Source: Stramenopiles sp. TOSAG23-2
Lineage: Eukaryota
DNA length: 55,946 nt
Direction: 5' to 3'
Assembly (NCBI GenBank): GCA_900128395.1
Contig: LT649259.1
Coordinates: 1 to 55,946 of the forward strand
Of the stretch, positions 23,901 through 32,988 are shown in pieces. A program made the position numbers and the translations under genes. Every line of letters begins with the position of its first letter. The stretch's first letter is position 1. Below the pieces are notes generated by a model that was given only the letters and a program-made list of their open reading frames with translations, did no database searches and was not told the origin of the DNA.

Positions 23901-26900
23901 AGTTGTTAACGGAGCTACATCGAGACTACATGCCAAGGACAATGCCTGTATCATAACACCCAACGCACCTTTCTTTAAAACTGCATGGGTTGCACTTTTT
24001 GATATTGCACATGTAGACATAACACGCAAATGCGCTAAGAATGTCTTTGCATCGGATGGTACCCGACTAACCGACGGCCCTAGGCGATCTATTTCAACCA
24101 GTGCATGGTCAAGAACTTCTAGATCGATATGATGTTTTTCTATATCCAACGTCTCATCTAGCAAATGTTTCTCCATGACGTCAACTATTTCTGCAATCGT
24201 TATTGAACAGGATTGGTGAAGACTTTCTTTATTATGGCATGTTGGTGGCAAGTTAATAATACTTTTGCAAGTTTTAATCGCCGCTTCAAGCGCCCCCATC
24301 CGTACGATTTGAACGCCGGTAGCGTCGGAGCTTGCATAGACTAATAAGGTTCTCAAATCTACCATCATTTGCGCTTGGAGCTTCGCATCTTTGGCTATTT
24401 TTTTTTTATTGTTAGGATCTGTAAGTTCATTTAAACGGTTTACAGCATCTGCAGCATACCCAATAGGCAAATTCGTAGCAGCTTTCATGTCACATTTGTC
24501 AATCATTGCTTCACATGCTTCAACAATTTCTTTCCTAGTGGATGCAGGTAAATCACTATCATCCAACCCAGCCGTCCTACCCATGGCCGCTAAAATACTA
24601 CTGATACCTCCTAATCTAGTAACTAAATCTTGTGTTTCACCAGACAAGGCAATACCCTCCATAGCTTTTAAGGAGTTTAATAATGCTTCCCCGGAATCAT
24701 TACTGGAAGCTTCGTGGGATGCATAACCTGCATTAGCATTTGCGCGTGCATGTGTATCCCAAGATTTATCATTGCCAAATATAGTATACATTTGCAATCC
24801 ATCAATTAAACCAGCTCGAGTTATACCATCAAAGCCATCCAAATCCATGTCTTGCCACAATGAATCGACTAAGCCTTTCGCAATTTCTTCGTTCAAACCA
24901 GAATCAATAAACATGTACAACAATTCCTCCTTAGGAATTTGATACGTATCTGACTCTATTCCTAAAGAATCTACAAATGGAATTATAAGGTGCGGCTCCG
25001 GTACAAATTCTTGTTGCATCTTTGCTCTGCTAACTTTTTCAATCAAATTTAAGAATGCCTGGGCAGATGATACATTCATTCCAACATCATCTTTGTCTAG
25101 ATCTTGATCCCTACTACCTAGGCGTTCTGCAGCAATTAAATCTGCTATTTCAACCAAAAATGCATCGCTGACATTTATCCCGGCATCCTTACACATTTCA
25201 CGCAAAAGAGATTCATTGACTACACGATCCGTAGAAACGCCGTTCACATCTACCAATCCATATTTTTGAATCCATTGATCCCACTTGCCATTGTATTCTT
25301 CATCGATATGATCAAGTAAATGCGCTAATAAAACACCGGTATGCGCATCATTTTGATTTTGTATGTACCTTCCTTCACCAGATGCGACTAATGCAACATT
25401 TACCATTTCGCTTAACCATTCCTTTGAAATGGCTACATCAAAGCTCAAGCCGTAAATATCCGTCAGTGTGTTCATAAATTTCAATGATTCAGTAGAGTCA
25501 AATCCAACCGACGTCATTTTACCAATAATATCAGGCGTTGTCATTGCGAAACAACTAGCCCCTTTAAAAACTCGTGCGGCAAACGAATCGCCATCCTCGA
25601 CTTGATTATGCAAGAAACGTTTTGTCGATTTAAATTGGTTTACGCGTTTTAATTGCTGTAAAAATTCTTTCATATTTGAATGGGGGTCTTTTTCAGAAAT
25701 CAAATGCAATAAAGACAATAAATCATTTTTTGAAGTCTGTAAACCAAGTACATTAGCAATGAGTGATAGATCCGTCATTGTCAACGAATTATCTTCAATA
25801 TCATCTTCATCTTCAATCAACTTTAAATGTCGTAAAAATCTCATGTCATCCCCACTGTAATATTGTTCAATGCCATCGACCATACGTGCAAGTAATCGTA
25901 AAGATGCAATTTCACCTAGATTTGCATCTGTCATATGTGCACCGGGCATACCCCCAGCAAGATGTCGTAAACGTTCTATACCACCTTCTAACGACTCTGG
26001 TGTAAGATCTGCCTTTTCCATAGTGTTGCCCAATTCAATTTCCTCAGCGCTGTCATCCCAATGCATTGTATCAGACATCACCGAACTGAGTTGCAAGGCT
26101 TCCATGATGCCTAAATCAGCTTGTACAAAATGTTTTTGCAAATTTTGCTGGCTTGTATCGCCAACTTCGATGGAATTCAACTCACATTTTTCCACGAAAT
26201 GTGGTGTATGACCTATGGAAAATTCAAGAGTTTCATGAACATTGTTGACTGACATTTTTTTATTTAATGCGTCATATAATCCCTCAACAGTCGAATTTTC
26301 CTGTTTAGCTAATGTTTGGATTGCATGCCGTAAACGTCCAATATCGGATCTGCTTGCATCATTAACCCCACATGCTTTTAAAACTTTTTTTAACTTTCGT
26401 ATATTTAATGGACCACGTATAATTTTACCATTTACATCAGCCATTTTTACGGATTGAAACATGGCTAGAAGACTGCCATTATATTTCATATCAATTCCAC
26501 GTATAATTTTTGAAAGCATATCAGATGCTTCAATAATATCTAATTGTTCTTGTGGTAACTCTGGACGTGATAAAATAATACAGGTGTCTAAAAATTCTGC
26601 TATTTCCGCTGGACTAAATTTACGTTTAATCTCTACGGCACTACTATCATCATCACTATCCCCATCTTGGTCGTCATCATTTGCAAAACTAAATTCATCG
26701 GGTAAATCGTTATTTGCTTTAGGCTTTTTTGCACTTTTCTTCAAAATAACATCAGAGCTATGATTTGAAAGAGCTTTCAACATATCTCCGATTTTTTGAA
26801 TTTCATTCGTATCTAAAAACCCATCCATAAAAAATTTATCAAGTATATCTTCTATTGTTAATTTACCACTAGCATATTTGCCTAAATCCATATGTGAAAC

Positions 26901-29081
26901 AAAATCGACATAGCCTTTTTTATGGATCTTATCCAATGCTTCGCGTCCGTTCCGGCATAACATTATGTTATTTAATAAGACTAATAGGTTATTAGTCGTG
27001 ATTCCATGCTCCACATGATCTATATCATCATAACAATGTCGCATCTCATGTTTAGAACTGTTGACACCGCAGCGTCTCATTAATGATTCAAAATTATGAT
27101 ATGCAATTTTGTTAGTTCTTGAAGAAGCAGTGTCTTCCGCATCGCCACCACCGCCATCATCATCATCATCGCGTTTCTCAACAACTGGCTTGTAATTGGA
27201 ATCAATTAAATTCATTGCTATCGCCCATTTCTGCAAACTTCCACCAAAACCACTTTCAATCTTGCTTGCTGCACAAGCCATTAAAAGTATTGAATTTGGG
27301 CGCAAATTTCTAGAACGGCCTACTTCTTTTTCTGTTGTCAAGGAACGTCCAACAAGTATGCCTTCTTTAAATTTAGTACTACTTATTAAACCACTGGTAC
27401 CATTGCCACCAGTAGCAGATGGATCATTATTGAAAGTCCAATTTTGTACTTTTCCTAAAGCATTGATAAACATATCAGCTTTTGACACACCACAGCGTTT
27501 TAAATCTTTTTTCAGCTCATCTACCGTTTTTTCTTTTTGAATAGGTGTTTTTTTCCAAACTTCTTTGACAAATAAATCGGGATCACCAACATTATCTAAC
27601 ATCGTTTCAATGCTTTGAGCTGCGATTAGACGTGTCAATGCTTCATAAAATGCCTGTGGCGTTGCACGTCCATCCGCTTTCATCGATGTTTCGGCAACAT
27701 ATTTATACATAATATTTTCCTCCTCCGCTGTTAAATTAGGATTCAATTCATTTAATGTACGTCTAGACAATAAAACATCCGTGCGTGGTTTATTATTTTC
27801 TAAGTTCATAAGGTTTGAATCCATCATCCATTGCTCCACGGTTGCTTTTGATACGATATCGGCATTGCCATCGCTACCATAAACAGGATTTGCTTTCAAA
27901 CTTTCTAATAATTTTTTCAACACATCTGATGCCATGACACGTTCAGTGTATATACGTCGTTCTTCCCCACGATGGTTAATCAATTTTCCTCCACTGTTAC
28001 TATTTCCATTGCATATTTCAGCAACGCGAAATGCATGTAAAAGGTCTACTTTACTCAACATAATACTTGGATCATCGTGATTATTATTACTTTTCCACTT
28101 CATTATGTCTGTTAAATTAGATATCAATACATCTACATTATCCGGGTTGCACCCAAAATCATCAACAAATACACTTTTTAAGATATCGGTAGATATCATT
28201 GTTTCAAATCCAACGCCACTTGGGTTTGATGTTGCATTTTGCACTTGGTGTTTTTCCTCAAATTGATTCCATACTTCATCCACTAACATACTTGAGTGGT
28301 TGATAAAATTACCTGTCACTTCCACCGTATCAAGAACTTTTTGGAATTTATCTATAACAGTCATAATTTGCCCAATAGTCAATGGTGCACCGTCAACAAC
28401 AACACCAATTTCATCATCTATCAATGTTGTTTGAATATATGTATATAAATTGGAAATGTCTTTGTTATCACACGCGATCAATCCTCCATTTGCACATAAT
28501 TCGCTTAACTGTTGCAAGTCATAACTTTTCTCAATCACTTGATTTGTAGTTGGATCTATTAACTCCAACGCAACTAACCATTCTCTTAAACTGCCACGAT
28601 GATCTTCCTTTATATGACGAGCTATCGATGCCATCATTATTTCTGGTGTTTGCTTACCACGTGTATGATTTGGATTCTTAGTATTGGCGCGCTCTGACGT
28701 AGCTATTGCCTGTTTCGATTTTTCATCACCAACCCAATCCCAATCATTTACTTGCTTCAATAAGCGTTTAACAACAAGCTCTGCACTATCTGGTGCTAAA
28801 ATTTTCAATGCACGAACGCCATTAACAGTACTTGAATCTTTAGAAGCTTGGTGATTTTGTAAATATTTCACAATAGTGGACGATAAATAGGTTACAAAAT
28901 ATTCACCACACGTATTTTTAAATTCATTTGCCCATTCTTCCGGTGGCTTACTCGTCGTTGTCAACAAACTTTTTAATAAATATTCTATTAAATTTGGATT
29001 TTTTTTAAATAAATATTTTTTAATTTGTTCCACAATGGAATCGGTTTTGGAGGATGGGCGTGGCCTCAATTGCACCGGCAT
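20976..29081 (-). CDS. Giant (2701 aa) protein with a C-terminal armadillo-like helical repeat region and six N-terminal ~200-aa repeats
   Basis: Uninterrupted 8.1-kb ORF with ARM-like motifs (GIRLVIRVLQLH, GGTSVVVHFIESH, GGIASVSNL, GGITFVINNL, EGGLLAI). Confidence 0.8.
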   Translation of the reverse strand: MPVQLRPRPSSKTDSIVEQIKKYLFKKNPNLIEYLLKSLLTTTSKPPEEWANEFKNTCGEYFVTYLSSTIVKYLQNHQASKDSSTVNGVRALKILAPDSAELVVKRLLKQVNDWDWVGDEKSKQAIATSERANTKNPNHTRGKQTPEIMMASIARHIKEDHRGSLREWLVALELIDPTTNQVIEKSYDLQQLSELCANGGLIACDNKDISNLYTYIQTTLIDDEIGVVVDGAPLTIGQIMTVIDKFQKVLDTVEVTGNFINHSSMLVDEVWNQFEEKHQVQNATSNPSGVGFETMISTDILKSVFVDDFGCNPDNVDVLISNLTDIMKWKSNNNHDDPSIMLSKVDLLHAFRVAEICNGNSNSGGKLINHRGEERRIYTERVMASDVLKKLLESLKANPVYGSDGNADIVSKATVEQWMMDSNLMNLENNKPRTDVLLSRRTLNELNPNLTAEEENIMYKYVAETSMKADGRATPQAFYEALTRLIAAQSIETMLDNVGDPDLFVKEVWKKTPIQKEKTVDELKKDLKRCGVSKADMFINALGKVQNWTFNNDPSATGGNGTSGLISSTKFKEGILVGRSLTTEKEVGRSRNLRPNSILLMACAASKIESGFGGSLQKWAIAMNLIDSNYKPVVEKRDDDDDGGGGDAEDTASSRTNKIAYHNFESLMRRCGVNSSKHEMRHCYDDIDHVEHGITTNNLLVLLNNIMLCRNGREALDKIHKKGYVDFVSHMDLGKYASGKLTIEDILDKFFMDGFLDTNEIQKIGDMLKALSNHSSDVILKKSAKKPKANNDLPDEFSFANDDDQDGDSDDDSSAVEIKRKFSPAEIAEFLDTCIILSRPELPQEQLDIIEASDMLSKIIRGIDMKYNGSLLAMFQSVKMADVNGKIIRGPLNIRKLKKVLKACGVNDASRSDIGRLRHAIQTLAKQENSTVEGLYDALNKKMSVNNVHETLEFSIGHTPHFVEKCELNSIEVGDTSQQNLQKHFVQADLGIMEALQLSSVMSDTMHWDDSAEEIELGNTMEKADLTPESLEGGIERLRHLAGGMPGAHMTDANLGEIASLRLLARMVDGIEQYYSGDDMRFLRHLKLIEDEDDIEDNSLTMTDLSLIANVLGLQTSKNDLLSLLHLISEKDPHSNMKEFLQQLKRVNQFKSTKRFLHNQVEDGDSFAARVFKGASCFAMTTPDIIGKMTSVGFDSTESLKFMNTLTDIYGLSFDVAISKEWLSEMVNVALVASGEGRYIQNQNDAHTGVLLAHLLDHIDEEYNGKWDQWIQKYGLVDVNGVSTDRVVNESLLREMCKDAGINVSDAFLVEIADLIAAERLGSRDQDLDKDDVGMNVSSAQAFLNLIEKVSRAKMQQEFVPEPHLIIPFVDSLGIESDTYQIPKEELLYMFIDSGLNEEIAKGLVDSLWQDMDLDGFDGITRAGLIDGLQMYTIFGNDKSWDTHARANANAGYASHEASSNDSGEALLNSLKAMEGIALSGETQDLVTRLGGISSILAAMGRTAGLDDSDLPASTRKEIVEACEAMIDKCDMKAATNLPIGYAADAVNRLNELTDPNNKKKIAKDAKLQAQMMVDLRTLLVYASSDATGVQIVRMGALEAAIKTCKSIINLPPTCHNKESLHQSCSITIAEIVDVMEKHLLDETLDIEKHHIDLEVLDHALVEIDRLGPSVSRVPSDAKTFLAHLRVMSTCAISKSATHAVLKKGALGVMIQALSLACSLDVAPLTTLQTSEKEEIVNAAARALRGLIQSTMRSGETDPSVAQNMIDEIVDNGTIECVLRGLQANAKYDVTELLELLATLATVEHLRESILNQKGIRLVIRVLQLHKNDPDVILAATKVLKILAETNEGANAVSQRGGTRSVIKFAMECPSDPAFVPAAAGAAELLATLVVASKEVEGLRESLIEQEISSAAVQLVNKFPEEENVTIHADKILSEVMSPQSAVYLMADSALSDIVHDYMPGAQSKAVEVISANMAEICSTEGGSQAMQSIVTGMANSGKQSELNGFVANVMSTLENNSEHALTCLEVLNKVTEHVHSSALVSEELINMRVGSRISAALAGSQKDDENDKFSKDALSLLQGMETDELDNDEDIMDISALKAALKKAEKRYKRPAGKAIVKVEDEETVAQRVKELREVDAGNIKQYTKKMTEMENATKVRHNQRMYGSQGAGVVAVQLMMKYLEYVDLIIPCLKCLINLSYRAPDISNHLVDTLKLVSGLEYVMHHYMETSVEVEYLCLHLLSNLCAQNVPIQQTVWDILDQKILYLTHRHREEEQVAAHGTRLFGVLCDSDELMISVVSSGGTSVVVHFIESHPKHHEILKLSMDVLGNFFLAEFDDIEDNNDYHEQLYSHRAPDIILETISQSVPSKVLASGLEALYNATIYAATLERLVVKDVVETILKIIQIHDYDDVVIQHSMSMVHAICTSSTCRNILLEDGGFQVVVGVIDNSTLQKSRIDVLINTVSAFYHLSADEETRRRMVALGGIASVSNLISLSEGEGYDRELIGIVVNALNKLAADDNCMFDVARYAIPPLMKICTQLYPTEYTILTGVIAIIGLLSFSEEALRLTVVQGGITFVINNLCAWPNRPQICVRCVSTLENIAMASAGQAEIIINEGGLLAIESTHSSFQNVRSRNAALIVETCANAMLSMDAMKLELNAEKFRRRNLKARRVMSFSDSSVWNASSADMQQTFRRYDSRAKMR

Positions 29082-29464
29082 ATTAGTTGGGGGGGGGGGG
29101 GGGGTCTCTCTCTATATATATTATATATGTAAAGTCTTGTTGGATAAATGAAATGGGTGTAAAGATGAAAGGGTATGGTTGATCATGTTTTCCATCGTTT
29201 TAATAATGTATATATCCATGATAATTATTCAATAATTATTAGTTGTTTTTAACTTCTATTATATATATATTTTATTTTTATGTGTAGTAATAAATGATAC
29301 TACCAGGTAATCTGGTAATATTAATATTACTACCTGACAGTAAGCAGCTAGCATAAGAATAGCATAGGAAACATAAATCTAACACGAATTAAGTGTTACA
29401 AATTTTTAGTATGAGAACATTGTTTAAAAGTATATGAAAGCATCACTATATATAAAATTACCCC

Positions 29465-30055
29465 TCACAACACACCAATTCTACTGGGAAACAAAAAAAA
29501 TTGTTTTTTACCAGCTGTTTTTTTCCCTATTGCATGAATGGCACTATTTAAAAAAATGGGCCCAAATAATTTGTGAATACATTCCAATGCTTTTTTCATT
29601 TGATGAAATGGACCATCTAATAAAATTAGTTTATGATATTTATTGGGGTGATCATGTTTCCATCAAAAAGCCTGGGATATTGGTTGGCCATCCATGGAAA
29701 TGTATGCACCCAGAGAAATGGTACCACAACGAATCAGACCATTTGTAATGGCATACAAATCCATTTGCTTGTAGATGTTTTCTTTTCGGATGGAACTAGC
29801 CCCATTCAATTGCTTATACATTTCATTTAAAAACTGATCATTCAGACTATCAACCCATTTTTCAATTTTTCTATCTCTTTGTTCTAAAGCTTTGTCCATT
29901 AGTTCTACTACAGAATCTGTTGTTGCTAGATTTTTAGCCCATATCTCTTTGTGGTATATTTTATTTGTTTCATACCTTGTACTTTCATTCTCATCCACCT
30001 CTACCTTGGATTCCAATTTTATTGCATAAAATATTCCAGCAAAACAAACAAACAA
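29465..30055 (-). pseudogene. Degenerate transposase-like fragment with an in-frame TGA at 29665-29663
   Basis: Reading through the stop gives SMDGQPISQAF*WKHDHPNKYHKLILLDGPFHQMKKALE. This resembles the DQP...W..P..Y.....GxFH pattern of uncharacterised transposon-derived proteins, recalled from memory. Confidence 0.4.
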
Positions 30056-30179
30056 TAAAGGTACAATGCAGTAAACTTATCAGAAAGGACAGAAGGGTAG
30101 ATGGAATACATACTGTTAATTCACATTGGCCAACAGAAGATGTAGAAGCTATTAATGTGACAAGAATTGATGGATGGAA

Positions 30180-30783
30180 TGAAGATGGTGGATTAAAATT
30201 AAGCGTTGATGGAATTGAAAAAGTATTTGCAACTAACCATGTAGGTCATCATTTAATGTGGAAAATTTTAGAATCAAAAGTAAAAAGTTCAAATTGTGGT
30301 AGAGTTGTATTAACATCTTCTGCTTCTAATTTTGGTTCATATGATTATGGAATTGCAACAGATTTAGAAACATTAAATGCTGGAGAAGCAAATATGAAAG
30401 CATATGGACAATCAAAACTTGCACAAGTTCTTTGGGCACAAGAATTAACACGAAGACTTGGACCAGACTCAAATGTATATGTAAATTCATATCATCCAGG
30501 TGCGGCTGCTACAATGATTTGGTTTACAAATCCTATGATCCCAAAACTTATGCATCCTATTCTTCGTTTTTTTACAGAAAATGTCATGTGGACTAGCTTG
30601 GAAGGTGCATTGACTATGTTGTATTTAGGTGCTGCATCGGAAGATTTAGTGACAAATAATGTACGAGGAAAATATTTCCACCCCCAAGTGCAAGAGGTAA
30701 TACCAAATCCAAAGTTTGCTCAAAATTTACAATTACAAAAAGATTTATGGACATTTTCAGATGAATTAATAGAACGTGCTTAA
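30180..30783 (+). pseudogene. C-terminal half of a short-chain dehydrogenase/reductase (retinol dehydrogenase/WWOX-like); N-terminus missing
   Basis: DGIEKVFATNHVGHHL, RVVLTSS, catalytic YGQSK, NSYHPG, GKYF and LWTFSDELI are present. No TGxxxGxG or NAG motif occurs upstream in the ORF. Confidence 0.75.
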
Positions 30784-30936
30784 AATATACGATCAGCAGG
30801 TATGAAGAAGATGGATCTTTAAAAAAGAGGGGAAGAGATTACTCATATTCGTATATATTATCTAGATATCTAGATATATTCTATACTGATTGTACGAACG
30901 TACTCTCTCTATCTCTCTCTAAATTTAGTTTTTTTC

Positions 30937-32427
30937 CTACAAAGCGTACGAACGAACGCCAAATGGGTTCATCCCTCCAACTTTTTTAATACTTTCCACC
31001 TCGTCGATCATACCACTATCACCACCACCACATTTAGAAAAGAAAACTTCTCCAGGTGATCGTCTGAATGATGAACTTAATGCCCTTATAACTAAACTAT
31101 GTCTTGCACCTTTCCTATGTGTATTTGTTCCATGAAATTGTTGGCATAAATTTAAAAAAGCAAAACCTGGACGGTGCGGTACAGTTGTATAACCTTTGGA
31201 CTTATTATTTACACCAATTCCAGCATTTTGAAACAGGACATCGCCACCTTGAAATGTACTACCTAAACATATATTCATACTGAATTCACAAATATCAATA
31301 TGAGTACGTAGATACGATTCACCAATACGTGCTTCTCCATGATTGTTTGGTACAACATGTAAAGAAAACGAATGAAAACTATCTACATCTAACCCACCCC
31401 ATAATGGGTATGCTATTTTTCCTAATGGTGCTAATATATATTTTACTAAAGCTTGGCTAAAATCAAATAAACCTATTTCACTTAAAACAACACCTGTCTG
31501 TGGACCACGTTTACGTCCAACATTATTTGGCAATCGTAATTCTTCATCTAAAAAAAAATGTTTTGCATTTTCAATTTCTTCAATAATGTTTTGAGATACA
31601 TTTAATTTTAAAATTGGAAATCGATAAACTTCTGTGCGAGTTTTTGTTAAAATTTTATTAAAATCATCGAATAACAATGCTTCTTGCATTTTTGGATGAA
31701 CAATGGACATTAAATCCTCTTTAGTTTTGATATCATATAAATATGTATGCAATCGATGTGATTTATATTTCCTAGCATTTTCTTGCCAATGTAATTTTGC
31801 TTCTTGGATTTCATCTTTTTCATCATTCCGAACATTATTAAATGCATCTGATAATAATTTATTCTCTTTAGCTATGGAGCCAATAGAATATTTTATTACA
31901 CGTACATATAATTTTGGTGGATTCGTATGTACTAAATTTGGCACAATAGTTGTTGGAAACAGTTTTTTGGTGCGAAAAAAATTTAATATATGATATCCTC
32001 CATGAGATGGAAATTTTAACGCAAATTGTTTCATATTGTCATTATTAATATCATCAGTAGCAGTTTCAAAACAAAAATAGTTTTCTTCATCTGCTAATGG
32101 TGTTGGTGGAACCATGAAATGCCAACTACGACTTGTTGAGCTGCGTATTGATATATATATACATGGATATTCTTTTGATACAATATTTACATTAAAATTA
32201 ATTGAAATATCTTTTTGATTTTTATCAACAATTGTTTTTGTAAAGCAAGTTTCATTGAATTTTTCTTGAAAATGTACTGTAAAATCGATATTGTTATCAT
32301 TATTTTGTAATTGATCATTTACAATTTGTGCATATCCTTCTGCATAACCAGATACAATAAATGGTAGAAATAAAAACACGGAAAATAATTGTATTACTAT
32401 TACTATTATCGTATTCATTAGTTTCAT
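30937..32427 (-). CDS. Secreted 2-oxoglutarate/Fe(II) dioxygenase (prolyl/lysyl hydroxylase-like)
   Basis: Signal peptide; HID (HxD) followed by FSMNICLG..FQGGDVLF; distal His in QFHG; 2OG-binding Arg in GARHSLVI. Confidence 0.8.
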   Translation of the reverse strand: MKLMNTIIVIVIQLFSVFLFLPFIVSGYAEGYAQIVNDQLQNNDNNIDFTVHFQEKFNETCFTKTIVDKNQKDISINFNVNIVSKEYPCIYISIRSSTSRSWHFMVPPTPLADEENYFCFETATDDINNDNMKQFALKFPSHGGYHILNFFRTKKLFPTTIVPNLVHTNPPKLYVRVIKYSIGSIAKENKLLSDAFNNVRNDEKDEIQEAKLHWQENARKYKSHRLHTYLYDIKTKEDLMSIVHPKMQEALLFDDFNKILTKTRTEVYRFPILKLNVSQNIIEEIENAKHFFLDEELRLPNNVGRKRGPQTGVVLSEIGLFDFSQALVKYILAPLGKIAYPLWGGLDVDSFHSFSLHVVPNNHGEARIGESYLRTHIDICEFSMNICLGSTFQGGDVLFQNAGIGVNNKSKGYTTVPHRPGFAFLNLCQQFHGTNTHRKGARHSLVIRALSSSFRRSPGEVFFSKCGGGDSGMIDEVESIKKVGGMNPFGVRSYAL

Positions 32428-32988
32428 TTTCTTCTTATCCCTCTACCGTAGATAAAATCTTTGCCTATGAAAATGTTTCTTTTTCCCGCTTCTGTCGTTT
32501 CGAGCCACCACACATGTATATCATTTTACATTTGAAATAGTATATATATATATATATTTCTATGTCTTATGTACTTGCATTTCATGTGTGTGTGTGTGAT
32601 AAAGTTGTTTAAGTGTTTTACTTTATTAAGGGAACCGGGAGGAAGTCCAGAAGTCGGAGTGTCGGAGTTGAAAGTCATCAATCTTTACACACTATTAGTT
32701 CACAGTCAAACATTGGCACAAAATGTATTATAGCATACAAGGTACATACCATTGTGGGGAAATCGAATCGAATGAATAAACTACTAATAAAAATGAAATC
32801 ACCAACTTTTAACTAAAAAAAATATAATAATATTTATTGATAGACGACTACAGACACAGACTATAGTGATGATTGAAATCATCACAATTAAAAGTAAATT
32901 GTAGATTCTCTTCGTCTCTATCTCTCTTTTGCTTATTTTCTCAATCGCATTTGAATATATTACATATATATATATATATATAAAGAAG

